Assembly: GCA_016708105.1 (NCBI GenBank)
Contig: JADJGJ010000005.1
Location: 14,432 to 78,431, forward strand
DNA from: Crocinitomicaceae bacterium
GTDB lineage: Bacteria > Bacteroidota > Bacteroidia > Flavobacteriales_D > Crocinitomicaceae
Length of the DNA stretch: 64,000 bases
Direction: 5' to 3'
Part shown: piece after piece, positions 7,609-18,195 of the stretch
How the letters are laid out: the number at the start of each line of letters is the position of its first letter
How positions within the stretch are numbered: the first letter of the stretch is position 1
Program-made: the position numbers and the translations under genes
Notes under the pieces: generated by a model
What the model was told of the DNA's origin: nothing
Database searches by the model: none
The model's input: the letters and a program-made list of their open reading frames with translations, nothing else

Positions 7609-9312
7609 CTACGGAGCAAACTTCAACGGTTTTCCATCAGGGCCTACTTCAACACCATCAATGAAATTTTTCTCTTTCAACACACGGCCTTTTTCATCGT
7701 AGATAATTGTTTTTCCGTGTTTCTGTCCGTTTTTATAATTCACTTCAGAGGATACATAATGTGGACGCCATTCGTAGGTAAGCATCTTGCCGTGTAACAT
7801 GCCATTTTTGTACTCAATTACCTGAAAGGGTTTGTCTCCACCGGGGAAATAATATGTCCACGTACCGTCTTCTTTTCCTTCTTTGTAATACCCTTCATGG
7901 GTGCGCTTGTGATCTTTTGGACTGAAAAAAACCCACAATCCGTCTTTCACACTTTCTTTCACCGTGTGATTGGCAAGCGGACCGTAATTGATGTGTTGTT
8001 TTTTTACTTCAATTACTTTATAAAATCCTGTCTCCAGTAAATTTCCTTTTTCATCGTAACGCGTCCACAGTCCTGTTTTTAGATCATCTTCATATTCTCC
8101 GGTCAGTGTGAGTTTACCTTTTTGCGAATAGGATTTCCAGGGTCCGTGCAATTTTCCCATGTTGAAATTCGCTTCATTTTTCAACTTACCATTATCCCAA
8201 TATTGCTGCCAGTATCCGTGTTCTTCTCCTTCAACAAAATCTCCTTCATTCAAAATTTTTCCATTTTCATACCAGGTAGTCCAATGTCCGGTTTCCAAAT
8301 CATTTTCGTACGAACCTTCTCTCCACTTTGCGCCGTTTTTATAGTAAAATACCCATTCTCCGTTTCGCAATCCGGCTTTGAAATATCCCTTACTTTCAAG
8401 ATGCACCGTATCACCGGGATAATAATATTCCCAATATCCATCTTGCAATCCATCAACAAAATCACCGGACATATCAACGGTTCCTACATTGGTGTACCAG
8501 GTCCAGTGTCCTGTTTTTAATCCGTTGGAAAATTCTCCGGATACATTTACTTTTCCGTTGTCATAGTTTTTCAAATAAGGCCCGTTCAGTTGACCATTTA
8601 GATAATTTACTTTGCGGTCTAATCCTCCCAGATAATAGAAATACAACCATTCTCCGTGTTTTTCTCCTTCAAGATATTGACCAATAACAAAAGGTTTTTT
8701 ATTGGGTGTATATTCTTCAAAATCTCCGTCTTTTATACCGTCTTTGTAGGTGTAAAATTCATTGAGAAAACCACTTTCATAATAAATGAATGTGCGTCCG
8801 TTCCCATCTTTCAGGGTTTGGGTGCTGTCAGTTTTCCAAAAATTCATCACATAGGTAACTGAGTCTAATATTTTTTCTTCAGACATGTGGTATCCGTTGT
8901 AGTAATAATATTTCCACTCACCTGATGGTAAGCCTTTGGTGTAGTACCCTTGCACGCTGAGTTTACCATTATCATGCCATTGATAATAGACACTATCTTG
9001 AATACCAAATTTGAAAAATCCTTGTTCTTTTTTTTTGCCGTCAGAATAATAAGTTGTTACTGAACCGTGCAGTTCACCTTTGCGGTAATTTTGTTCTTCT
9101 TCCAAATTTCCGTTTTTATCCCAGTATCTCCACCGTCCGTGTTTGAGGGTAGTTTTACCATAAAAATCATCTGCAAAATAATAACCTTCACTTTGCATTT
9201 TGGTGCTGTAAAAATCCCAGTATGTGCGCACTAGATAAGGTTTGTTTATTTCATCCTGCGCATGTGAAAACAGGGGTAATAATAGCAGAAGAAAAATTAA
9301 GCGGGTATACAT
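7609..9312 (-). CDS. Secreted MORN-repeat-variant (YwqK-like) repeat protein
   Basis: Signal peptide MYTRLIFLLLLLPLFSHAQ followed by about 20 G-x-W-x-YY/G-K repeats (GEWKYYYYNG, GHWTWYTNVG and similar). Confidence 0.8.
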   Translation of the reverse strand: MYTRLIFLLLLLPLFSHAQDEINKPYLVRTYWDFYSTKMQSEGYYFADDFYGKTTLKHGRWRYWDKNGNLEEEQNYRKGELHGSVTTYYSDGKKKEQGFFKFGIQDSVYYQWHDNGKLSVQGYYTKGLPSGEWKYYYYNGYHMSEEKILDSVTYVMNFWKTDSTQTLKDGNGRTFIYYESGFLNEFYTYKDGIKDGDFEEYTPNKKPFVIGQYLEGEKHGEWLYFYYLGGLDRKVNYLNGQLNGPYLKNYDNGKVNVSGEFSNGLKTGHWTWYTNVGTVDMSGDFVDGLQDGYWEYYYPGDTVHLESKGYFKAGLRNGEWVFYYKNGAKWREGSYENDLETGHWTTWYENGKILNEGDFVEGEEHGYWQQYWDNGKLKNEANFNMGKLHGPWKSYSQKGKLTLTGEYEDDLKTGLWTRYDEKGNLLETGFYKVIEVKKQHINYGPLANHTVKESVKDGLWVFFSPKDHKRTHEGYYKEGKEDGTWTYYFPGGDKPFQVIEYKNGMLHGKMLTYEWRPHYVSSEVNYKNGQKHGKTIIYDEKGRVLKEKNFIDGVEVGPDGKPLKFAP

Positions 9313-9366
9313 GTTTCTTTGTGGTTTGCTCTATAACTAAAAAATGTCCGGGTGGTTACGGACGAA

Positions 9367-10029
9367 TTATCTGCCAAGTGAAATAACTCCTTGTAAAAGA
9401 AAAAGGGTACCAAACACCAGCAGCACAATTCCAAGCACCAAATTAACAACATACATCCATTGTGGGGTAAGAATGTCCTTGAGTTTTTTTGCACCAAATA
9501 TTTTTAATATATCCAAACTAAAAAACGTAATGAGGATGATAGAAACGTGAATGATAAGCCCCTGCGTGTGATTCAGACCTAATTCAGTAGGCGCCTCAGG
9601 CAAAAGTGACATAAGGGTTAACCAATAAAATAATACCCCTGGATTAACTGCGTTGATCATGAATCCTTTTAAAAGTGTCATGAAATAATTACTGGCTGAC
9701 AGTTGCAGCGGCTTTTCCATGTTATGTTTAGAGAGAAATAGCGCCTTCTTTTTAAGTACATGCACCAAGCCGAGCACAATGAAAAATCCTCCGCCAATTA
9801 TTTTGAGTAGAAAGCGCTTATCACCGGACATGATTTCAGTCACCTCATTAAAGAATACAAATGCAATGGTAACATACATCAGGTCACTGATCAATACCCC
9901 CAAATCTAGAAATAGCGCAGATTTTATTCCTTTGCTTATGCTTGTTTCAATCATGATAAAGAAAGACGGACCTACCATAACACTTAGTAGTAGTCCGTAT
10001 CCAATGCCTATCATGAGTACTTCTGTCAT
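9367..10029 (-). CDS. LysE/RhtB-family amino-acid exporter
   Basis: 220 aa with about 6 TM segments. The N-terminus IGIGYGLLLSVMVGPSFFIMIETS is typical of LysE translocators. Confidence 0.75.
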   Translation of the reverse strand: MTEVLMIGIGYGLLLSVMVGPSFFIMIETSISKGIKSALFLDLGVLISDLMYVTIAFVFFNEVTEIMSGDKRFLLKIIGGGFFIVLGLVHVLKKKALFLSKHNMEKPLQLSASNYFMTLLKGFMINAVNPGVLFYWLTLMSLLPEAPTELGLNHTQGLIIHVSIILITFFSLDILKIFGAKKLKDILTPQWMYVVNLVLGIVLLVFGTLFLLQGVISLGR

Positions 10030-10097
10030 GTTTCAAATTTACTAAGTACAAATTGCTTGTACGTAAATTGAGCACTGATAGTTATCAGTTATTTAAG

Positions 10098-10868
10098 CTA
10101 AAAAACATCAAGTTCTACCACAATTGGACAATGGTCAGAATGTACGGCTTCACTTAGAATAGAAGCATTTTGTAATTGAGGCAAAAGATTTTCAGTGATA
10201 AAATGGTAATCAATACGCCAACCTAAGTTTTTCTTGCGGGCGCTGAAACGGTATGACCACCAGGTATATTTGCCGGGTTCTTTGTGAAGATGTCTGAAGG
10301 TGTCAACAAAACCGGCTTGCAAAAATTGGGATACCCATTCACGTTCTTCAGGTAAAAATCCACTTGAATTTTTGTTTGAAACCGGGTTGTGAATATCAAT
10401 TGGTTGATGACAGATATTGACATCTCCTGAGATCAATAATTTTTTTCTGGTCTTTTTTAGTTCCTCAATATAGACAGAGAAGTCCTTTAGAAATTCCATT
10501 TTAAAATCTTGCCTTTCTTCACCACTGCTGCCGCTAGGGAAATAACAGCTCAGCACTGAAAAATCACCAAAGTCAGCACGTAAAATTCTCCCCTCATCAT
10601 CATATGCTTTTATACCACATCCCACTTCAATATGATCAGGTTTTTTTTTAGAGAAAATTGCTACCCCACTATAACCTTTTTTTTGAGCAGAATGCCAACA
10701 GGTATAATACCCCAGTTTTTCAATTTCCGTGATGTCTATCTGATCTGTATGTGCTTTGGTTTCTTGCACACAAACTACATCTGCATTTTGTTCTTTCAGC
10801 CAGTTTATCCAGTCTTTTGACATGGCTGAGCGGATACCGTTGAGGTTATATGAAATGAATTTTGCCAT
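10098..10868 (-). CDS. xth: Exodeoxyribonuclease III
   Basis: MAKFISYNLNGIRSA...DVVCVQETKA...SDHCPIVVEL. I chose the ATG at 10868 rather than the ORF-track extension to 10922. Confidence 0.9.
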   Translation of the reverse strand: MAKFISYNLNGIRSAMSKDWINWLKEQNADVVCVQETKAHTDQIDITEIEKLGYYTCWHSAQKKGYSGVAIFSKKKPDHIEVGCGIKAYDDEGRILRADFGDFSVLSCYFPSGSSGEERQDFKMEFLKDFSVYIEELKKTRKKLLISGDVNICHQPIDIHNPVSNKNSSGFLPEEREWVSQFLQAGFVDTFRHLHKEPGKYTWWSYRFSARKKNLGWRIDYHFITENLLPQLQNASILSEAVHSDHCPIVVELDVF

Positions 10869-10950
10869 GGGGTAAAGATAGCGTGATTTGGTATTCATTT
10901 TTAATCTATCACAGCAAAACAATTTTTGTATTCATGCGTTCTGTTTTGGT

Positions 10951-11748
10951 ATGAATAGATTGTTATTATTGTTTTTCATCATTCCTGCTTATGCTTCAGG
11001 TCAGGGGCTGGTTGATGGATTTTTTAAAGGAAAAAACAAGCTGGATTTGGCTATCAGCGGATTCTCTCAGAATTCTGATAAATTTTACGATGGTATCGGA
11101 TTAATAAATTACAAAAGAAGTTTAACAGGTATAGGATTATTTGCTGAGTATGGATTGCGTGATAATTTAGATTTCATTTTGAATATACCGTTCATCAATG
11201 GTTCATTTCAAGATGGTTCAGTGGTGATGAAATATGGTATTCCCTTTAACCGATCGGCCAAAGAAAGACGGATAACTCTAATGCCGGCATTGGGCGTCAG
11301 TTTTCCACTCACTGATTATAATACTGAATCAGGTCAGGCAATTGGACAGCGTGCTTTGCAAATTCAGCCCAAATTTCTTTTTCAGTGGAATACAACGAAA
11401 GGATTATTTTATCAGGTTCAGGCCGGTTATAATTATGCTTTTAATCCGGTTCCTTCATCATTCATTAGTTCAACCAAAATTGGTTATTCATTTGGCAGAT
11501 TTTATTCTGACGTGTGGTTTGAGTATCAGCAAGGCATTGGCGGAAAAGCCTGGCACGTTGACGCCATTTCAAGTTTCAGAGAACTCTTTGTGACATACAG
11601 CAGATTGGGTGGAGTTTTCTATACACAATTGAATCAGCGATTTGGTATTGCGGCCGGAGGTTCTTATGTACTTAGCGGTGTGAATACTGCAAAGGCGTGG
11701 ACAGTGAATCTTTCTCTAGTAATCAAATTTGATTTGAAGAAGAAATAG
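10951..11748 (+). CDS. Hypothetical outer-membrane beta-barrel-like protein
   Basis: Signal peptide MNRLLLLFFIIPAYASGQ at ATG 10951, with an alternating aromatic/hydrophilic pattern. No family recognised. Confidence 0.6.
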   Translation: MNRLLLLFFIIPAYASGQGLVDGFFKGKNKLDLAISGFSQNSDKFYDGIGLINYKRSLTGIGLFAEYGLRDNLDFILNIPFINGSFQDGSVVMKYGIPFNRSAKERRITLMPALGVSFPLTDYNTESGQAIGQRALQIQPKFLFQWNTTKGLFYQVQAGYNYAFNPVPSSFISSTKIGYSFGRFYSDVWFEYQQGIGGKAWHVDAISSFRELFVTYSRLGGVFYTQLNQRFGIAAGGSYVLSGVNTAKAWTVNLSLVIKFDLKKK

Positions 11749-11753
11749 CAAAC

Positions 11754-13046
11754 TCAATACAAAAAACTATGATACGGATACCTGATTTGGTGAACGCGTT
11801 TAGCCTCTTTATAAATGAGTGATTTTAATTCATCAACATTGGTTTTTTCTGTGGCTGAAATAAAAATGCAGTGATCACCGTCAAGGCGAGCCATCCAGGT
11901 TTTTTTCAATTCTTCCAATGCAAATTTTCTACCTTCAGGGTGATATCCTACTTCTTCAGGTTTTGGGTTGTAAGCATCTACTTTATTGAAAACAACAATC
12001 ATGGGTTTGTCTGTGCCTTTGGGGCGTACAGGCTCATTGTTATGTTTTGGCTCAGCGGATAATTGTTTCTTTTTACTGGTGTAATCTTCCGGTTTTTTAA
12101 CCGGGGTTTTTGTTTCAATTTCGGCAATAGTTTCATTCACTACGCGGTATTGCTCTTCAAAATTTGGGTGTGAAATATCTACTACATGAATCAGCACATC
12201 TGACTCGCGCACTTCATCTAACGTTGACTTGAATGATTCTATTAATTGAGTAGGTAGTTTGCGTATAAATCCCACCGTGTCAGAAAGTAGAAACGGTAAA
12301 TTTTCAATCACTACTTTTCTTACTGTAGTATCTAGGGTTGCAAACAATTTGTTTTCAGCAAATACTTCAGATTTACTCAACAAATTCATCAGGGTTGATT
12401 TACCAACGTTAGTATAACCTACCAGTGCCACACGTACTAGTTGTCCTCTGTTACCACGCTGCGAAGCCATTTGCTTGTCAATTTTTTCAAGACGATCTTT
12501 CAGCAAGGAAATTTTTTCTTTGATTACCTGGCGGTCACTTTCAATTTGTGTTTCACCCGGGCCACGCATACCCACACCGGCTTTGATACGGTCAAGGTGA
12601 GTCCACATGCGGGTAAGCCTTGGTAAAATATATTCGTATTGTGCCAATTCAACCTGTGTTTTGGCATGGGCGGTGCGCGCACGACCGGCAAATATGTCAA
12701 GTATTAGATTGTTGCGGTCAAGTATTTTAATATTGAGTTCTCTTTCAATATTGCGCAATTGTGAAGGGGATAATTCATCATCAAAAATGGCAACATCAAT
12801 TTTCTCAGCATCAATATACGCTTTAATTTCTTCAATTTTTCCTGAGCCAATATAGGTGCGCGGGTTTGGGTGATCAATGCGTTGCAAGAATTTTTTACGC
12901 GTGATTACACCGGCTGTTTCTGCCAAAAATTCCAATTCATCTATATATTCTTTTGTCTGCTCTTCAGTTTGGTTACCGGTAATGGCTCCAACCAGAACAG
13001 CGGTTTCCTGCGTGATATCGGTGGAATGTGATTTGAGATCTGACAT
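11754..13046 (-). CDS. hflX: GTPase HflX
   Basis: HflX N-domain (ELEFLAETAG..., LSPSQLRNIE) followed by the G-domain motifs GYTNVGKSTL and DTVGF. Confidence 0.9.
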   Translation of the reverse strand: MSDLKSHSTDITQETAVLVGAITGNQTEEQTKEYIDELEFLAETAGVITRKKFLQRIDHPNPRTYIGSGKIEEIKAYIDAEKIDVAIFDDELSPSQLRNIERELNIKILDRNNLILDIFAGRARTAHAKTQVELAQYEYILPRLTRMWTHLDRIKAGVGMRGPGETQIESDRQVIKEKISLLKDRLEKIDKQMASQRGNRGQLVRVALVGYTNVGKSTLMNLLSKSEVFAENKLFATLDTTVRKVVIENLPFLLSDTVGFIRKLPTQLIESFKSTLDEVRESDVLIHVVDISHPNFEEQYRVVNETIAEIETKTPVKKPEDYTSKKKQLSAEPKHNNEPVRPKGTDKPMIVVFNKVDAYNPKPEEVGYHPEGRKFALEELKKTWMARLDGDHCIFISATEKTNVDELKSLIYKEAKRVHQIRYPYHSFLY

Positions 13047-13066
13047 GCGGTATAATGGACAACTGA

Positions 13067-13507
13067 TTAAAACCAGTTAGCGCCCAAATAAGTAAGAAAC
13101 GGCCATGGAATAGTAGCTAATACGGCAAGTAGGGCAAGTAAGTAAAACACAAATATTTTGCGATGTTTACCTGCTGATTCTGACAGTTTTTTTGATTTAC
13201 TGTAACCCATGGTGATCAATACCATCGCCAGAGTCATACCGAAAATGTGTTCTACAGCAAAAAATCGCAAAGTAGGTGATTTCATGAAGCCCTCAACAAA
13301 AGCAACTTTTGGTGAGGTGAAGTATAAAATGAATCCTATCAAGTATTGAATATGAAAACTGATCAAGGCGAAGAGATATATTTTTTTATCGCCTGCGGTG
13401 AACTCTTTTTTTCCGGTATATCCTTTGAAAGATTTAAAAATTGCCGCTAATAACAAGATTAATACCACCCAACGTAAACCTGAATGTGCGTGAACCAATG
13501 TCTGCAT
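13067..13507 (-). CDS. Hypothetical membrane protein with 4 TM segments
   Basis: 146 aa with four hydrophobic helices. No family assigned. Confidence 0.55.
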   Translation of the reverse strand: MQTLVHAHSGLRWVVLILLLAAIFKSFKGYTGKKEFTAGDKKIYLFALISFHIQYLIGFILYFTSPKVAFVEGFMKSPTLRFFAVEHIFGMTLAMVLITMGYSKSKKLSESAGKHRKIFVFYLLALLAVLATIPWPFLTYLGANWF

Positions 13508-13555
13508 AATTGTTTATTTTTGACAAATGTAGTTGATTATCCTGACCCCTTGTTT

Positions 13556-16500
13556 ATGCTCAGACGTATTTTTCTGTTCAATTTTAGTTTACTTTTTTCA
13601 TCCCTTGTTCTGGCGCAACATATTGAGCCGGAAAACGGAGTGCATGATCCGCATAATACTATTTATGTTTTGCAAAATGCACGGCTCGTGATCAGTCCTG
13701 ATCTCACGCTGCCTATAGGTACCTTGGTGGTGCAAGATGGTATCATTTTAAGTGCGGGTATTGATTTTGTAGCTCCATCAACTGCTGTGAAAATTGATAT
13801 GAGTGGGTACACCATTTATCCTTCATTTATTGAACTGTATTCATCAGCCGGTGTTGCAAATCCGGTTTATGCGTCAACAGGTTGGGGTCCGCAATTAGAA
13901 ACGCTCAAAGAGGGCCCTTTTTACTGGAATCAATCAGTGCATCCGGAAACAAATGCTTACGAATTATATAAGGATGCTGAATTTAAAGACAAAAAAGATT
14001 TTCTTGAGCAAGGCTTTGGCACTATAGCTGTTCATCAGGGAGATGGTATCATGCGCGGCACGTCGGCATTGCTCACGTTGTCATCAAATCCAACTGTTGA
14101 CAATGTAATTCAGGCTGAAGCTGCTAATCATTCTTCTTTCTCTAAAGGAAGCTCTAATCAAACTTATCCATCTTCTCAAATGGGAATTATTGCCTTGTTG
14201 CGTCAGTTTTATTATGATGCAAAATGGTACGCTGCTTTGACTGATCCAAATAAAGACAATGTTTCACTTCAACAGGGTCTTGCAAATTTTAGTCTGCCTC
14301 AAATTTTTGGAGTAGCTGATAAATTGGAAATTCTGCGTGCTGCTAAATTGGCAAAAGAGTTCAATATTTCTCTTATTGTAAAAGGCGGTGGAGATGAATT
14401 TGAAATGGTATCAGATATAAAAAATTCAGGAACGCAATTGATCATTCCAGTGAATTTTCCTGATCCGTATGATATGACTGATCCTTATCTGTCAAGATTT
14501 GTTTCTCTGAGACAATTGAAAGAATGGGAAATGCGCCCATACAATGCCTATATCTTATTTAAAAATAAAATTCCTTTTGCTTTTACGACTGACGGGTTAA
14601 AGAAAAAAAACCAATTTCTCACGAATGTTTCTGTTGCGGTAAAACATGGTTTACCTGAAGATGAAGCATTGCGCGCGCTCACCGTTAATCCTGCCAAATA
14701 CTTGCGTATGGAAAATAAATTAGGAACGCTGGAAAAAGGAAAATTTGCAAATTTTCTTGTTGTAAAAGGAGATATTTTTAACGGCGGTGAAATTTTTGAA
14801 AACTGGACTCATGGTGATCGTATCAGATTGAAAGATATTAATCAGCCTGATTATCGCGGAGAGTATTCATTAACCATCAGTGGTATTGTGTATGACCTTA
14901 TAATATCAGGTAAACACGCATCACCAACTGCAGAAATTATTGCTTATAAGTTTGTGAAAGATTCAAAAACCGGTTCAACTACAATTGATACCTTAAGGGT
15001 GAAACCTGAGTTCAAAGTTTCAGATATGCAATTGAGTATGATGTTTGAATTGCATGATGATAAAATTGATGGCATTGTTCAGTTGAATGGCTCGTATTAT
15101 CCTAAATTAGGCATTATGGAAGGTACCGGAACATTGCCTTCAGGGGCTTGGATTACTTGGGCAGCTAATCGCAGTGAAAAATTTAAAGAGAAGGATAAGG
15201 CAGAAAAAGTTCAGGTTGATACCTCTGGTGTAAAAAATGTGCGTTACCCGAATATGGCCTTTGGTTTTGATACCTTGCCAAAACAACGTCCGTACTATAT
15301 TAAAAACGCAACACTTTGGACTAATGAAGCCGAAGGTATTGTGCGCAATGGTAATTTGATTATTGAAGACGGAAAAATAAAATCAGTGAATGGTACAGCA
15401 TCAGTTCCTTCAGGCGCGGTTGTAATTGATGCTACTGGAAAGCATGTAACGTGTGGTATTATTGATGAACATTCGCACATCGCTATCAGCAAAGGGGTAA
15501 ATGAAGGAGGTCAATCCATTGCTAGTGAAGTGTCAATTGCTGACGTAGTGCGTAATGATGACATTAATATTTACAGACAACTAGCTGGTGGTGTTACTGC
15601 TGCGCAACTTCTGCACGGCTCTGCAAATCCTATTGGTGGACAATCTGCCCTAATCAAATTGAAATGGGGTTTTGCGCCTGAAGAAATGTTGATTGATAGC
15701 ACCGATGGATTTATCAAATTTGCTTTGGGTGAAAACGTAAAACAATCTAATTGGGGAGATCAAAGTGTGGTTAGATATCCTCAGACAAGAATGGGTGTAG
15801 AACAAATTTTCTACTCTGCTTTTATCAGTGCAAAAGAATATAAAGCAGCATGGGAAAAATATTATAATAGTTCTGAACGGCAGCAAGGCAAAATGGATCC
15901 TCCAAGACGTGACCTTGAGCTGGAAGCTTTGTGTGAAATTTTGGATAAAAAAAGATTTATCACCTGCCACTCCTACGTGCAAAGTGAAATCAATATGTTA
16001 ATGCACGTTGCAGATTCTATGGGATTCACGGTGAATACCTTTACACACATATTAGAAGGATATAAAGTGGCTGACAAAATGAAAGAGCATGGCGCAGGCG
16101 CTTCTACTTTTGCTGATTGGTGGGCTTATAAATATGAAGTGAATGAAGCCATCCCGTACAATGCTGCATTACTTGACCAAATGGGCATTGTTACCGCTAT
16201 CAATTCTGATGACGCTGAAATGGGTAGAAGATTAAATCAAGAAGCCGCAAAGGCGGTGAAATATGGTGGAATTTCGGAAGAAAGTGCCTGGAAAATGGTG
16301 ACACTAAATCCTGCAAAATTATTGCATTTGGATGATCGTATGGGAAGTCTGAAAGCAGGGAAAGATGCAGATATTGTTATCTGGTCAGATAATCCTCTTT
16401 CAGTAAATGCAAAAGTGGAACAAACTTTTATTGAAGGAATTTTGTTTTATGATGTGAACCGGAATTATAAATTGAAATTGCGCGATGAAGAAGACAGAAA

Positions 16501-16630
16501 ACGAATTACCGGGCTGATGCTTGTCGCAAAAGCAGGCGGAGCTGAAACACAGAAGCCGGCAATGAGAAAACATATTTTATATCATTGTGACACCATTGGT
16601 GAAGAAGATACTCACGAAGAACTTGAATAA
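13556..16630 (+). CDS. Large secreted amidohydrolase-family protein with two amidohydrolase-like modules
   Basis: Signal peptide MLRRIFLFNFSLLFSSLVLAQ at ATG 13556. The C-terminal module carries GIIDEHSHIA (HxH) and SDDAE...GKDADIVIW. The N-terminal module lacks HxH (IYPSFIELYSS). Confidence 0.85.
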   Translation: MLRRIFLFNFSLLFSSLVLAQHIEPENGVHDPHNTIYVLQNARLVISPDLTLPIGTLVVQDGIILSAGIDFVAPSTAVKIDMSGYTIYPSFIELYSSAGVANPVYASTGWGPQLETLKEGPFYWNQSVHPETNAYELYKDAEFKDKKDFLEQGFGTIAVHQGDGIMRGTSALLTLSSNPTVDNVIQAEAANHSSFSKGSSNQTYPSSQMGIIALLRQFYYDAKWYAALTDPNKDNVSLQQGLANFSLPQIFGVADKLEILRAAKLAKEFNISLIVKGGGDEFEMVSDIKNSGTQLIIPVNFPDPYDMTDPYLSRFVSLRQLKEWEMRPYNAYILFKNKIPFAFTTDGLKKKNQFLTNVSVAVKHGLPEDEALRALTVNPAKYLRMENKLGTLEKGKFANFLVVKGDIFNGGEIFENWTHGDRIRLKDINQPDYRGEYSLTISGIVYDLIISGKHASPTAEIIAYKFVKDSKTGSTTIDTLRVKPEFKVSDMQLSMMFELHDDKIDGIVQLNGSYYPKLGIMEGTGTLPSGAWITWAANRSEKFKEKDKAEKVQVDTSGVKNVRYPNMAFGFDTLPKQRPYYIKNATLWTNEAEGIVRNGNLIIEDGKIKSVNGTASVPSGAVVIDATGKHVTCGIIDEHSHIAISKGVNEGGQSIASEVSIADVVRNDDINIYRQLAGGVTAAQLLHGSANPIGGQSALIKLKWGFAPEEMLIDSTDGFIKFALGENVKQSNWGDQSVVRYPQTRMGVEQIFYSAFISAKEYKAAWEKYYNSSERQQGKMDPPRRDLELEALCEILDKKRFITCHSYVQSEINMLMHVADSMGFTVNTFTHILEGYKVADKMKEHGAGASTFADWWAYKYEVNEAIPYNAALLDQMGIVTAINSDDAEMGRRLNQEAAKAVKYGGISEESAWKMVTLNPAKLLHLDDRMGSLKAGKDADIVIWSDNPLSVNAKVEQTFIEGILFYDVNRNYKLKLRDEEDRKRITGLMLVAKAGGAETQKPAMRKHILYHCDTIGEEDTHEELE

Positions 16631-16631
16631 G

Positions 16632-17951
16632 ATGAAAAATTTAATTCTGATACCGCTGTTTTTAGCTTGCATTGCTGATGCCCACACACAAGTTCCTGTG
16701 CCGGGTGAAGATCAGTATACAAAAATTTTATTACTCAATGGCAGCGCGCATATCGGTAACGGTGAATTTGTTTCTAACGCGTGTATTGGTATCAACAATG
16801 GAAAAATTGAATTCGTAAAGAATACGTTAACATACGAGTTGGTAAAATCCGAATGGGATACCATCATTGAATTAAATGGCCAACACGTTTACCCCGGTTT
16901 TATTGCACCCAATGTAACTATTGGGTTAACTGAGATTGATGCCGTTAGGGCTACACGTGATTTTGATGAGACCGGTGAATTTAATCCTAATGTACGTTCG
17001 CTCATTGCTTATAATACTGATTCAAAAGTTATGTATACTGTGCGCACCAATGGAATTCTTTTAGCTCAGCCAACTCCACGCGGCGGTGTCCTCTCAGGCA
17101 CATCTTCGGTCATGTTTTTAGATGGCTGGAATTGGGAAGATGCCGTTTGCAGAACAGATGACGGCGTGCATTTGAATTGGCCTGAAAAATATAATCGTTA
17201 TGGTTGGTGGGCTGAGCCCGGTGGAAATAATTCAAACGAAAATTATGGGAAAATAAAAAACGCTATCTGGGATTTTTTCACAAAAGCTCAGGCATATTTG
17301 AATGAAAAATTTCCAGATGAAACAGATATTAAACTTGAAGCAATGCGGCATCTTTTTAATGGGAGTCAGCGCTTGTATATTCATGCAGATTTTGCTCCTG
17401 AATTAAATGATATTGTAGATTTTGTCAGACATTTTGCAATTCCATTTCCTGTTATTGTTGGCGGGTATGACGCGCCTATGATTGCAGATAGGCTGAAAGA
17501 AAATAAATTCTCTATAATTATCAGACGCCCTCATTCCTTACCTGAATTTGAAGATGATTTTTCTTCAGTTTATTACGAATTACCGTTTAAATTGCAAGCT
17601 GCCGGTTTGTTGTTTGCAATCAGTTCTGAAGGTGATATGGAGGTGATGAATACAAGAAATTTACCTTTCCTTGCTGGTACCGCTCGTGCTTATGGCCTCT
17701 CTGAAGAAGAAGCTGTCGCTTCAATCTCCTTAAATACTGCAAAAATTCTGGGCATTGATGATAAAGTGGGATCAATTGAACCTGGCAAAGACGCTACTAT
17801 CTTCGTTTCAATCGGAGATGCGCTTGATATGCGAACCAATAATCTCACCATGGCAATGGTATCAGGTAAGTTTATTGACCTGACTAATCACCAGATTGAT
17901 TTGTATCAAAAATATTGTAAAAAATATAGCCTCCCAATAGATCAAAATTGA
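16632..17951 (+). CDS. Amidohydrolase-family protein with a degenerate metal site
   Basis: Signal peptide MKNLILIPLFLACIADAHTQ at ATG 16632. It has the amidohydrolase C-terminal pattern GSIEPGKDATIFV, but VYPGFIAPNVT replaces the HxH motif. Confidence 0.8.
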   Translation: MKNLILIPLFLACIADAHTQVPVPGEDQYTKILLLNGSAHIGNGEFVSNACIGINNGKIEFVKNTLTYELVKSEWDTIIELNGQHVYPGFIAPNVTIGLTEIDAVRATRDFDETGEFNPNVRSLIAYNTDSKVMYTVRTNGILLAQPTPRGGVLSGTSSVMFLDGWNWEDAVCRTDDGVHLNWPEKYNRYGWWAEPGGNNSNENYGKIKNAIWDFFTKAQAYLNEKFPDETDIKLEAMRHLFNGSQRLYIHADFAPELNDIVDFVRHFAIPFPVIVGGYDAPMIADRLKENKFSIIIRRPHSLPEFEDDFSSVYYELPFKLQAAGLLFAISSEGDMEVMNTRNLPFLAGTARAYGLSEEEAVASISLNTAKILGIDDKVGSIEPGKDATIFVSIGDALDMRTNNLTMAMVSGKFIDLTNHQIDLYQKYCKKYSLPIDQN

Positions 17952-18195
17952 TCGGCCTTTATTCATAAATGGTTTATTTAACGATTAAGTCAAATAAGCC
18001 GTCATAACTGTGATTGAAAACGATTCATGTTTGTTTTTTATCACCATTTAGTATTATCGTAATTTTTGCGTATTATTGAGTTAATAAAAGCAACGAGTCC
18101 AGTTCGCCATCGTTGTCACCCTGAAGGGTTAGTCAAATCTTGTACATTAAGCGTTGGTTTTTCCCTCTTCGTTGTCTTTAAATAAGTATTTGCCT

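Noticed and set aside
13484-13555. N-terminal extensions in the ORF track here and at 16587-16631, 10869-10922, 10888-10950, 18154-18195, 18673-18702, 34992-35054, 39359-39385, 41556-41576, 45062-45112, 53896-53955 and 62625-62678.
   Set aside because: In each case an internal ATG immediately precedes a clear signal peptide or the conserved family N-terminus. The extension would also overlap the neighbouring gene or promoter.
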